Origin: Chlamydiota bacterium
Lineage (GTDB): Bacteria; Auribacterota; Tritonobacteria; UBA1439
Assembly: GCA_037133055.1 (NCBI GenBank)
Contig: JBAXOY010000059.1
Span: 1 to 18,531 of the forward strand
Length of the DNA: 18,531 bases
Direction: 5' to 3'
In this document: positions 1 to 8,380 of the stretch, in pieces
Position numbering within the stretch: the first letter of the stretch is position 1
How the letters are laid out: the number at the start of each line of letters is the position of its first letter
Made by a program: the position numbers and the translations under genes
Notes under the pieces: model-generated
Databases searched by the model: none
What the model saw: only the letters and a program-made list of their open reading frames with translations
Told to the model about the DNA's origin: nothing

Positions 1-68
1 CTCACTCCACAGGAGCCCCTATCTTGAATTTGCATAAAAGAGTTTACGTCACCCGCTCCCTTTGCGAA

Positions 69-97
69 TTGAAGACGGCCCCCATCGGTGATACTAT
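69..97 (+). promoter_or_regulatory. Putative sigma70 promoter of glcD-glcF
   Basis: TTGAAG (69-74), 17 nt spacer, TACTAT (92-97), with TG at 89-90 (extended -10); AGGA at 117-120 precedes ATG 129. Confidence 0.55.
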
Positions 98-128
98 TAC
101 CCCGCGCGTAGTGCACAGGAACCATGGA

Positions 129-1511
129 ATGAGCCCCTCACCGAGTCTCCTCGCGGCGCTCGCGGCCATCGTCGGGAAGGAGCATGCCTCTTCGGCCGCC
201 GAGGACCGCATCTGCTACGGCACCGACGCCACGAAGGCGCGGGCCCTGCCCGACGTGGTGGTCAGGCCCGGGAGCGCCGGAGAGGTGTCTCGCATACTCG
301 TCCTCGCGAACGAGCGGCGGATCCCCGTCTACCCGCGCGGGGCCGGCTCAGGGCTCACGGGCGGCGCGCTCGCCCTGAAGGGGGGGATCGCGCTCGAGAT
401 GATGCGGATGAACCGCGTCATCTCCGTGGACCGGGACGACATGATCGCCGTCGCGGAGCCGGGGGTGGTCCTCGCCGATTTTCAGGCCTGCGTCGAGCGG
501 AAGGGGCTTTTCTATCCTCCCGACCCGGCGAGCAGCGACTTCTGCACCGTCGGGGGCACCCTGGCGGAGTGCGCGGGGGGGCTCCACTGCGTGAAGTACG
601 GGGTGACTCGGGACTACGTCCTCTCGACCGAGGCCGTGCTCCCGACGGGCGAGGTCATCCACACCGGGAGCCGGACGATGAAGAGCGTCGTGGGGTACGA
701 CCTCGGCCGCCTGCTGGTCGGCTCCGAGGGAACCCTGTGCGTCTTTACCCGCGCCACGCTCCGGCTTGTCCCTCTTCCGGAGAGCGTGCGCACGGTGATG
801 GCGTTTTTCAGGAGGATCGACGACGCTGTACGGGCGGCGCACGGCATTATTCAAACCGGCATCGTGCCGAGGACGCTCGAGATTCTGGACGAGATGACCA
901 TCCGCTGCATAAGGGCATACAAGCCGTTCGGGATACCGGCAGGCACCCGGGCGATACTCCTCGCGGAGTCCGACGGTACCGGGGAGGGGGCGTCGCGGGA
1001 AGCGGGGCGGATGGCCGGGTTGTTCGGGTCGGCGGCCGCCCTGTCCGTCGAGCTCACCCGCGACCGGTCCGAGGCGAACCTCCTCTGGGAGATACGCCGG
1101 GCGGCTTCCCCCGCCCTCTACAACGTGAGCCCCGGCAAGATGAACGAGGATGTCTGCGTGCCGCTGAGCAGGCTCCTCCATCTCTTCCGCGGGGCGGGCG
1201 AGATCGCGGAGAGGAACCGGGTGGCCGTCGCCTGCTTCGGGCACGCGGGTGACGGAAACATCCATGTCAATATCCTCTACGACACGGAGGACGAGGGTGA
1301 GCGGGGGAGGGCGGAGAAGGCGGTCGAGGAGGTGTTCAGGATGGTCCTCGACTCGGGCGGGAGCATCTCCGGAGAGCACGGGATCGGCACCGCGAAGGCC
1401 CGGTTCCTCAGCTGGGAGGTGGGGACCAGGGAAATCGCCCTGATGCGGAGCATCAAGCGCCTCCTCGACCCGAACGACATTCTCAACCCCGGGAAAATAT
1501 TTGTCGACTGA
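129..1511 (+). CDS. glcD: FAD-binding oxidoreductase, GlcD/D-lactate dehydrogenase family
   Basis: PRGAGSGLTGG FAD loop, FYPPDPAS, VKYGVTRDYV, GSEGTL, GHAGDGNIH, SGEHGIG, LNPGKIF; start moved to ATG 129 (downstream of promoter and AGGA). Confidence 0.9.
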   Translation: MSPSPSLLAALAAIVGKEHASSAAEDRICYGTDATKARALPDVVVRPGSAGEVSRILVLANERRIPVYPRGAGSGLTGGALALKGGIALEMMRMNRVISVDRDDMIAVAEPGVVLADFQACVERKGLFYPPDPASSDFCTVGGTLAECAGGLHCVKYGVTRDYVLSTEAVLPTGEVIHTGSRTMKSVVGYDLGRLLVGSEGTLCVFTRATLRLVPLPESVRTVMAFFRRIDDAVRAAHGIIQTGIVPRTLEILDEMTIRCIRAYKPFGIPAGTRAILLAESDGTGEGASREAGRMAGLFGSAAALSVELTRDRSEANLLWEIRRAASPALYNVSPGKMNEDVCVPLSRLLHLFRGAGEIAERNRVAVACFGHAGDGNIHVNILYDTEDEGERGRAEKAVEEVFRMVLDSGGSISGEHGIGTAKARFLSWEVGTREIALMRSIKRLLDPNDILNPGKIFVD

Positions 1512-2794
1512 TGCCCCCCGCCATGGATGAGATACGGAAGGAAATTGCACGCTGCGCCAGATGCGGGAAGTGCCGCGCCGTGTGCCCGACATTTCTCGTG
1601 AGCAGGGATGAGGCGCGGGTCGCCCGAGGCCGCATCAACCTCGTTGAAGCGATCCTCGATGGCGCTTCCCCGCTCACTCCCTACGCGCGGGAGATAGCGA
1701 CGAGCTGCTACGGCTGCATGCGATGCGTGGATGCCTGCCCGAGCGGTGTCCGGGTCGACCTGATCGTGCAGCATGCCCGCGATCTGGCGGCCAGGCAGAA
1801 CGGCATACCGCTTCTCGCGCGATGGATGTTCCGGTATGTCCTTCCCCGGCGCCGGCTCTATGACGCGGTGGTGCGCTCCGCCCGTTTCTCCCAGCGGTTC
1901 CTGCGCAGGAGCGGAGACCGGCCGCTGAGGCACCTGCCGCTCCTCTACGGCGGGCGGCGCCATGTCCCCCCCCTCGCGAGGCGTTCCGCTCTTCGGACGC
2001 TCCCGGAGATGGACAAGGGGCGCGGGGAGCTCAAAGTGGCGCTCTTCCTCGGATGCCTCCTCAACTACGTGTATCCGGAAACCGCGGCCTCGATCATGAG
2101 GATTCTCACCCTGCACGGCGTGGATGTGATCGTGCCGAGGGCCCAGCTCTGCTGCGGGGCTCCGGTGCTTGCGGGAGGAGACACGGATGCGGCGCGCGTG
2201 CTCGCGGAGCGCAATGTGAACTGCCTCGAGGCCGACAAGGTTGATGCGGTGGTCTTCGGCTGCGCCTCGTGCGCCCTCACCATGCAGCGGCAGTATCCCC
2301 GGCTGCTCGGTGGGGCGGAATCTTTTGCCGGCAAGGTCATGGATATCTCGGAATTCATCCACACCAGGCTCGGCTACAGCAACCTCCCGATCGAGGAGAC
2401 GGTGACGTATCACGACCCGTGCCATCTCCGATGGGGGAGAGGGGTGGGGGAGCCTCCGCGGGAGCTCCTCCGCCGGAGCTCGCGATATATCGAGATGGAT
2501 CGGGCCGGCGACTGCTGCGGCCTGGGCGGATCGTTCAGCCTCTCTCACTACGACATCTCCTGCGCCCTCGGGGAGGCGAAAGTCGAGGCGATACGCGCCA
2601 GCGGCGCGGAACTCGTGGCGACCGCGTGCCCGGGCTGCATGCTCCAGCTTGAAGACCAGCTTGCGCGGCAGGGAATGAGGACCCCCGTGCTGCATGCCGC
2701 CCAGGTCTACGAGATGAGCTATCTCAAGGAGCGCCTGCCGTTGCCCGGCGCCGCGTCGCCACCGCCCTCCGGATTCCTTACCCTTACGAAGTGA
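1511..2794 (+). CDS. glcF: (Fe-S)-binding oxidoreductase subunit, GlcF family
   Basis: Two 4Fe-4S motifs (CARCGKCRAVCP, CYGCMRCVDACP), two CCG domains (QLCCGAP; YHDPCHL...CCGLGG...TACPGC); TGATG overlap with glcD; alternative start ATG 1523. Confidence 0.88.
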   Translation: MPPAMDEIRKEIARCARCGKCRAVCPTFLVSRDEARVARGRINLVEAILDGASPLTPYAREIATSCYGCMRCVDACPSGVRVDLIVQHARDLAARQNGIPLLARWMFRYVLPRRRLYDAVVRSARFSQRFLRRSGDRPLRHLPLLYGGRRHVPPLARRSALRTLPEMDKGRGELKVALFLGCLLNYVYPETAASIMRILTLHGVDVIVPRAQLCCGAPVLAGGDTDAARVLAERNVNCLEADKVDAVVFGCASCALTMQRQYPRLLGGAESFAGKVMDISEFIHTRLGYSNLPIEETVTYHDPCHLRWGRGVGEPPRELLRRSSRYIEMDRAGDCCGLGGSFSLSHYDISCALGEAKVEAIRASGAELVATACPGCMLQLEDQLARQGMRTPVLHAAQVYEMSYLKERLPLPGAASPPPSGFLTLTK

Positions 2795-2817
2795 TCTCCG
2801 CCTGCCTCCTGTCAGCA

Positions 2818-2833
2818 CGGGGGGAGCCCCCCG
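2818..2833 (+). terminator. GC hairpin after glcF, possible weak terminator
   Basis: CGGGGGG-AG-CCCCCCG, followed by a C/T-rich rather than T-only tract. Confidence 0.3.
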
Positions 2834-2869
2834 CTCTCTCCTCCTCGCCCCCGGACGGCAACCGCTGTT

Positions 2870-2897
2870 GACACTGGCAACAAACGTTGACAGTGTC
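2870..2897. promoter_or_regulatory. Inverted repeat, candidate enhancer (UAS) for a sigma54 activator
   Basis: GACACTGGCAAC-AAAC-GTTGACAGTGTC, 11/12 arm positions complementary, about 100-125 nt upstream of the -24/-12 element. Confidence 0.5.
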
Positions 2898-2993
2898 CCG
2901 ACCGGGACAGAAACCGCGAAATCTGGCTGGCCACGCTACTATCTGCGCAGGAGCAGGCTACGGCTTCAAAAATCAGTGCCGTATGCGGCACCC

Positions 2994-3010
2994 CTGGCAT
3001 GCTTCTTGCT
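2994..3010 (+). promoter_or_regulatory. sigma54 (RpoN) -24/-12 promoter
   Basis: CTGGCATGCTTCTTGCT: GG-N10-GC, close to consensus YTGGCACG-N4-TTGCW; predicted +1 near 3021, just before RBS AAAGGAG (3026-3032). Confidence 0.75.
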
Positions 3011-3044
3011 GCCTTGGATGATGGGAAAGGAGATCGCGCTCCAC

Positions 3045-4205
3045 GTGAATTCCCCTCCGCTTTTTCGGCAGTTGACCGCGCGCGGGGTCCGGGTCGTCAT
3101 GGCCGCCGCGGTGATCTGGGCGCACGCGGCCCTTCTTTCGGCGGCGGCGAACCCCGAAAAAACGGCGCTGCGTTGCTGGCGCTGCGGGGAGGTGTTCACG
3201 GTTCTCCAGGAGGCCTCGGCGGGGCGTTGCCCTGCCTGCCGCGCCGTCTGCAAGAGAGCCGAAGAGGCGGGCGTCCTCAAGCTCCACTGCGTGGACGCGG
3301 GTGCGTCCTGCTGTTCATTTGTCTGTCGGTGCCCGGAAGGGTCCACGGTCGTATTCATCGGCGCGCAGAAGGGCGAGGGAGAGAGGATGGCGAGCTATCT
3401 CGCGCAGCTCGGCGTCGACGAAATCGCGGTGCTGATCGGCGCCGAGCCGGACGACGAATGCATGCGCTCGGTCATCGAGCTCATGAGGCGTTTCAGGGTA
3501 GCGCAACTGTTCGATCCCGGTTTCAGGAACGAAGACGCGCGGTACGCGGAGTTTATCGACCTGCTCAGGCGGAAAGGCATCGACTACCGTGTGGTCAGGG
3601 GCATGGAGAATCTGGCGCGGGGGCCCGTCAGGATGTACCTCGTAAGGGCCGGTTCCTTCGCGGCGGGCGCCGCGGCGGGGAAGTGCCTGAGCCTCTGCCT
3701 TGTCCACGGCGGCAATTCATTCCTGCTGTCCCGGGCCGCGCGCGGCGGCGGCGCTTCGGCGCAGCCGCCTGCGAATGCGGATGTCCCGGGATTCCTTTTC
3801 GCGGGGGCTCTGGCTGAACTGAAGGCGGTCGGCTACCCCTACGGGCCGAAGGGTTCGCTGGTCCTCGAGAGCAACGGCACGGGGATCGGGGTGCGGTCAT
3901 TCGGGCGGATCGACATCTCCTCGGGCGGCGAGGCGGACGCAGGCGGCCCGGCTCTCGCATCAGCGGGGGCCGCGGGGGGAGAACGGGCGAAAACCTCCGG
4001 GGCAGCGGCGGCAAAGATCAACATCAACAAAGCCTCCTCGGCGGAGCTTGACACGCTGAGCGGGATAGGGGCGAGGAAGGCTGCGACTATCATCGAGTTC
4101 CGGGAGAAAAACGGGCGGTTCTCCCGGGTCGAGGAGATCAAGAAAGTCCCCGGCATCGGGGAGAAGCTCTTCCAGCGCAACAAGAACCGCATCTGCGTCG
4201 ACTGA
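3045..4205 (+). CDS. ComEA-family helix-hairpin-helix DNA-binding protein with N-terminal signal/TM segment, Zn-ribbon and degenerate ComEC-like MBL domain
   Basis: C-terminal KININKASSAELDTLSGIGARKAATIIEFREKNGRFSRVEEIKKVPGIG is a ComEA HhH; CWRC...CPAC; MBL-like pattern in the middle; start GTG 3045 (after AAAGGAG) or ATG 3099. Confidence 0.8.
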   Translation: MNSPPLFRQLTARGVRVVMAAAVIWAHAALLSAAANPEKTALRCWRCGEVFTVLQEASAGRCPACRAVCKRAEEAGVLKLHCVDAGASCCSFVCRCPEGSTVVFIGAQKGEGERMASYLAQLGVDEIAVLIGAEPDDECMRSVIELMRRFRVAQLFDPGFRNEDARYAEFIDLLRRKGIDYRVVRGMENLARGPVRMYLVRAGSFAAGAAAGKCLSLCLVHGGNSFLLSRAARGGGASAQPPANADVPGFLFAGALAELKAVGYPYGPKGSLVLESNGTGIGVRSFGRIDISSGGEADAGGPALASAGAAGGERAKTSGAAAAKININKASSAELDTLSGIGARKAATIIEFREKNGRFSRVEEIKKVPGIGEKLFQRNKNRICVD

Positions 4206-4249
4206 ATCCACCCGGCCCCCGACTTCTGGTCATCCATGCAGCCGTGCTG

Positions 4250-4258
4250 TGCTATAAT
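4250..4258 (+). promoter_or_regulatory. Extended -10 promoter of the TPR gene
   Basis: TGCTATAAT is a perfect TGnTATAAT, about 45 nt upstream of ATG 4303. Confidence 0.6.
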
Positions 4259-4302
4259 CATCCGCCGAAAAGGGGCGTTGTTTGCCGGGCACAGAATCCT
4301 CG

Positions 4303-6237
4303 ATGAAACACCTGAACGCAACCGTTGCCGCCTGGATTGTCGCCGCATCCCTGTCGCGGACCGCCGCGGGGGTTCCGATCCCCGCCCTGCCATCCGGCAG
4401 AACCAAGGCGCCGCCTGAGCGAATCCGCGCCCGGGAGACGATCTTACGCCGCACCGCGACCCAGGCGCCGAGCCCTCCGCCGGGAGGCGCCCCTCCTCCG
4501 GCGCGCACATCATCGGCATCGAAGGAGGCTCCGGCGGGTGTCATGGCGCCCGCTTCACCGCGGTTTCCCGAGCCCGCGCGGATTCCCTCTCCGCCCCCCG
4601 CCGTTTCAGCGGCGGCGAGCCCGCCGCCGGTTGAGACGCCGCCCCCGGCGCGGATAAGCGCCGCGCACGCGACCCCCGCCGGGGCGGAGCCGGGTCCCAC
4701 GGAGTTTCTGAAGCGGTGGGACCGGCGGTACCGACTCTTTGATCCCGAGGTGGATCAGTCGCGGCGCGGCGAAACAAGGGACTATGCGCGGGCGGTCGCC
4801 GAGCTCAAGAACGCGGTTCTCACCGGGATACCCGATGAGGGGATGTACTACCGCCTGGGATTCTGTTACGAAAAACTGGGGGACAATGACCGGGCGATCG
4901 ATGCCTACCGGCGCGCCATGAAAGGCGCTTCCGGCGACCGCGCCGGCGAGTACGCGTGCGCGCTCCGCTATCATCTCGGCCTCGTCCTCGCCAAGAAGGG
5001 GAGCCATGCGGAGGCGGCCGCGGAGTTCGAACAGGCGCTCGCGTGCAAGGAGTACGCCCCCGCCGCGCACAACAACCTTGGAAACTGCTACCGAAGCCTC
5101 TATCTCAAGAGGAAGGCGATCGAGGAGTTCGGGGCCGCGATCGCGCTCGATCCCCGCATGGCCGGGGCGCACCTCAACATGGGGATCACCCTGGCGGAAC
5201 TGGGCGACCCGGAGGCCGCCGCGGCGTCACTCCGCAGGGCGCTGGAAATAGATCCCCGCATAGCGGGCGCATCCTACAGCCTGGGGGTGGTGCTCGGGGC
5301 CCGCGGGGACGCGCAGGGGGCGGAGGAGGCGCTGGTGCAGGCCGTGACGGTTTCCCCGAGGGACGAGAAGGCGCACCTCGCGCTCGCGCGGCTCTATATC
5401 GATGCCGGGAGGAAGGAGGAGGCGCGGCAGGAGGCGCGGATTGCATTCGGCCTCATGCCGATGTTGAAGGCCGACAACCTCGAGCTCGACAACGTCCTCG
5501 GTTCGGCGGCTCTCCCTGCGCCCGCAGTATCCACCGCAGGAGAGAGAGAGGGGAGTGCGCTCCTCGACCAGGCCAGATTCGCGCTCTCCAGGGGGGACCA
5601 CGCAGGCGCGGCGCGCGCGTATGACGCGGCGCTCACGCGCGACCCGAAATCGGTGGCCGCGTGCCTCGGCATGGCGTACCTCAGCGAGTTCGCCGGCGCA
5701 GAGCGTTACGGCAAGGGTTTTCCGGCGGAGAGGAGCATCGGATTTTACAGGAAGGCGCTCGAGGCGCAGCCGGGGATGAGCACGGCGTGGTTCAGCCTCG
5801 GGAGCGTGTGCGAGAAGTGCGGCAGATACGCCGAGGCCGCCGAGGCGTTCGCCAAGGCGCGCGAGCTCTCCCCCGAGATGCGGTTCGCGTGGTACAACCT
5901 CGGCGTCTGCTATCTCAAACTCGGGGATCGGGAGAAGGCGGAATCGCAGTTCCGTGAGGCGGTCAGGCTCGATCCGGATTTCGCCGATGCCCGGTTCCAA
6001 CTCGGCGAGATCATCGCGGCGAAACGCGACTTCGGGGGCGCGATCGCGGAGTACGAAAAAGTCCTGTCCCTCACCCCCGCCGACGCGGACGCCCATTTCA
6101 GCCTCGCCCAGATCTACCGACTCCAGGCGGCGGACCCGCGGAAGGCCACCGAGCATTTCAGGGCCTATCTCGAGCTCAGGCCCGGCGCCCCGGACGCGGT
6201 AGAGGTCGAGGGGTGGATCAGGGAGATGGAGGAGTAA
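4303..6237 (+). CDS. Secreted tetratricopeptide-repeat protein with Pro/Ala-rich linker
   Basis: Signal-like MKHLNATVAAWIVAASLSRTAAG, Pro-rich stretch, about ten TPR-like units (YYRLGFCY, AHNNLGNCY, AHLNMGITL, AWYNLGVCY, ARFQLGEI). Confidence 0.88.
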   Translation: MKHLNATVAAWIVAASLSRTAAGVPIPALPSGRTKAPPERIRARETILRRTATQAPSPPPGGAPPPARTSSASKEAPAGVMAPASPRFPEPARIPSPPPAVSAAASPPPVETPPPARISAAHATPAGAEPGPTEFLKRWDRRYRLFDPEVDQSRRGETRDYARAVAELKNAVLTGIPDEGMYYRLGFCYEKLGDNDRAIDAYRRAMKGASGDRAGEYACALRYHLGLVLAKKGSHAEAAAEFEQALACKEYAPAAHNNLGNCYRSLYLKRKAIEEFGAAIALDPRMAGAHLNMGITLAELGDPEAAAASLRRALEIDPRIAGASYSLGVVLGARGDAQGAEEALVQAVTVSPRDEKAHLALARLYIDAGRKEEARQEARIAFGLMPMLKADNLELDNVLGSAALPAPAVSTAGEREGSALLDQARFALSRGDHAGAARAYDAALTRDPKSVAACLGMAYLSEFAGAERYGKGFPAERSIGFYRKALEAQPGMSTAWFSLGSVCEKCGRYAEAAEAFAKARELSPEMRFAWYNLGVCYLKLGDREKAESQFREAVRLDPDFADARFQLGEIIAAKRDFGGAIAEYEKVLSLTPADADAHFSLAQIYRLQAADPRKATEHFRAYLELRPGAPDAVEVEGWIREMEE

Positions 6238-6247
6238 TAAAAGGTAT

Positions 6248-6290
6248 GAAGGGTGAGAAGGGTGAGAAGGGTGAGAAGGGTGAGAAGGGA
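6248..6290 (+). repeat. 9-bp tandem repeat (GAAGGGTGA)x4 plus partial copy
   Basis: Units start at 6248, 6257, 6266, 6275; partial GAAGGGA at 6284; intergenic. Confidence 0.95.
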
Positions 6291-6298
6291 AGTCGCGG

Positions 6299-7105
6299 AT
6301 GAACAGTACTAAAGAATGGAACCGCGATGCGCTCCCGCGGGAAAGCGCGGCGAAGCCGCCCTCGCCCGCGCTGTATCTCTCCCTGACGGCGGCCGTCTCC
6401 TTCCTGGCCGCCGCGGCAGGCGCGGGCATCTGGCATCTGGTCAGCCCGCGCCTCGCCGCGTGCCACCCGTCCGTCGTGGCGTCGCTGAGGTACGCGCTGG
6501 CCGCGGCCGTGGGCGTCTGGGGAGTGTGCATCGTTCTTGAGGCGCTCTCGCTGCGGTTGCAGAGGGACATCCTCCGCGCGGTGCCCGCGGGCGCGCGGCG
6601 GGCGCTGTTCGGGATGCTGTATCCGCTCTGCCGCGCGGCGGGCATCTTGGCCGGCCGGTCCACGGACGCAGTCGCCGCATCGTACATCGCGTTCAGCAAC
6701 GGCCTTGTCATGAGGGCGGGGGAGAAGGGTGTGCGCGGACTGCTTCTCGTGCTCCTCCCCCGGTGTCTCCAGCGGGAGGGTTGCGCCCGGGCGGTCACCG
6801 AGGACGTGAAAAACTGCCGGGCGTGCGGGAACTGTGACCTGGCGGAGCTCGTTCCCCTGATGGAGCGGCACGGCTTCACCATGGCGGTCGCGACCGGGGG
6901 GGGGCTCGCCCGCGCGATGGTCCGCGACCTGAAGCCGGCGGGGGTGATCGCGGTCGCCTGCGAGCGGGAACTCCTCGAGGGGTTGAGGGAGATCGGGGGA
7001 GTCCCGATCATCTGCATCACGAACCGGAGGCCCGAGGGACCCTGCAGAAACACGCAGGTCGACATCGAGGAGTTCAAAGCGGCCGTGCGCCGCCTCACGG
7101 GGTGA
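6299..7105 (+). CDS. DUF116 domain protein with N-terminal TM helices
   Basis: LLPRCLQ...CRACGNC...ATGGGLAR...IAVACERELLEG...GPCRNT matches the DUF116 pattern. Confidence 0.82.
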   Translation: MNSTKEWNRDALPRESAAKPPSPALYLSLTAAVSFLAAAAGAGIWHLVSPRLAACHPSVVASLRYALAAAVGVWGVCIVLEALSLRLQRDILRAVPAGARRALFGMLYPLCRAAGILAGRSTDAVAASYIAFSNGLVMRAGEKGVRGLLLVLLPRCLQREGCARAVTEDVKNCRACGNCDLAELVPLMERHGFTMAVATGGGLARAMVRDLKPAGVIAVACERELLEGLREIGGVPIICITNRRPEGPCRNTQVDIEEFKAAVRRLTG

Positions 7106-7159
7106 GAAGGGTTTGAAGGGTGAGAAGAGTGTGAAGGGTGAGAGGGGTTTGAAGGGAAT
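7099..7159 (+). repeat. Degenerate 9-bp tandem repeat, same family as 6248-6290
   Basis: GGGGTGA GAAGGGTTT GAAGGGTGA GAAGAGTGT GAAGGGTGA GAGGGGTTT GAAGGGAAT. Confidence 0.88.
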
Positions 7160-7628
7160 TGAGTTCGTCACGGGCGGCGCGGAGCTGCTGTCCCTCATCC
7201 GGCCCCTCTGGGAGGCGCTGAGCCGCTATCACGGGGAGAACTCGACGCATTTCACGGAGGAGTTCGCCGGGTTCAACTTCTCGTTCAGGGAGCGGCGGCT
7301 CGTCGAGAAGGCGCGCCGCGGCGAGGTCCGGGTCGAGCTGGTCGCCGAGTCCGGCGCCGGCGGGTACGCGGCCTACTGCGTGAGCTCCGTATCCCGCGAC
7401 GGCGAAGGCGAGATCGACTCCCTCTTCGTCGATGAGCGCTTTCGCGGGCGCGGGCTGGGCAGCGAGCTCATGCGTCGGGCGCTCGAGTGGATGGACGCCG
7501 CGGGGGCGACGTCGCGGACGGTCGTTGTCGCGGAGGGGAACGAGCGGGCGCACGGATTCTACCGGAAGTTCGGATTCCTCCCGTTCAGCGTGACGCTCGC
7601 CCTGAAAAACGAGCCCGGGAGGCGGTGA
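7149..7628 (+). CDS. GNAT family N-acetyltransferase
   Basis: GEIDSLFVDERFRGRGLGSELM (motif A) and GNERAHGFYRKFGF (motif B); start uncertain among in-frame TTG 7113, GTG 7131 and TTG 7149. Confidence 0.85.
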   Translation: MKGIEFVTGGAELLSLIRPLWEALSRYHGENSTHFTEEFAGFNFSFRERRLVEKARRGEVRVELVAESGAGGYAAYCVSSVSRDGEGEIDSLFVDERFRGRGLGSELMRRALEWMDAAGATSRTVVVAEGNERAHGFYRKFGFLPFSVTLALKNEPGRR

Positions 7629-7687
7629 GGGGCTGCCGCTTTTTATATTGCGGGGTTCCACGCGTATGAGATACTGTAGTGTTCGCA

Positions 7688-8380
7688 ATGCACCGGGTGA
7701 CGTATTCAAAAGAAGGGCTGATCAAGTTCATTTCCCACCTTGATCTTATCAGGCTCTGGCAGAGGGCGTTCCGGAGAGCGGGCTTGTCGGTGAAGATGTC
7801 GCAGGGGTTTTCGCCGCATCCGTACATCTCTTTCGGCCCTCCCCTTCCTCTCGGTGTGGCCGCATCGCGCGAGATGCTTGACGTGGTGCTCGACCCCGGC
7901 GGGGATCTCGCTCGGGCGCAGTCGCGGATCCAGCACGCGCTTCCCGCGGGGATCCGCATCCTCGATTTGAGACCGATACCGGAGTCGGGCGCGTCGATAG
8001 GCGCGGAGGTCGATCGCGCGACATACGAGGCTGAATTATTCGGCGCCGACGCGGAGGGCGCCGCGGACAGGAGTGCGGCGGCAAAGGCCGCCGCGAACAT
8101 AGTCGTAAAGAAACAGACCGCGAAAGGGGAGCGGTACCGCGATATCAGGCCCCTGATTCACGAGCTCGAATGCGGAGACGGGCCCGGCGGGACCGTGCGG
8201 ATCACCTTCACGGTCGGCGTGGGAGAGACGGGCAACCTGAATCCGTATGAGCTTCTCGAAGCAGTGCTCGGGGTGCCGGGGGAGCGCGTGAGGATGATTC
8301 CGGTCACGCGCACGGCGCTCTATGCGAGCGGAGACACGTCACATAACAGGCCGCGCAGGCCTGCGTTGAAGAGGCGATGA
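7688..8380 (+). CDS. TIGR03936 radical SAM-associated protein (DUF2344)
   Basis: YSKEGLIKFISHLDLIRLWQRAFRRAGL...SQGFSPHPYISFGPPLPLG signature; typical position upstream of rne/rng; alternative start GTG 7679. Confidence 0.88.
   Translation: MHRVTYSKEGLIKFISHLDLIRLWQRAFRRAGLSVKMSQGFSPHPYISFGPPLPLGVAASREMLDVVLDPGGDLARAQSRIQHALPAGIRILDLRPIPESGASIGAEVDRATYEAELFGADAEGAADRSAAAKAAANIVVKKQTAKGERYRDIRPLIHELECGDGPGGTVRITFTVGVGETGNLNPYELLEAVLGVPGERVRMIPVTRTALYASGDTSHNRPRRPALKRR

Noticed and set aside
124..132. Mini-ORF ATG GAA TGA overlapping the glcD start
   Set aside because: Only 3 nt from the AGGA, poor spacing; likely chance
2868..2892. Two TTGACA hexamers as sigma70 -35 boxes
   Set aside because: No convincing -10 element 16-18 nt downstream of either; better explained as part of the palindrome
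2868..3044. ORF-track N-terminal extension of the ComEA-like gene
   Set aside because: Spans the predicted enhancer and promoter; the RBS lies at 3026-3032
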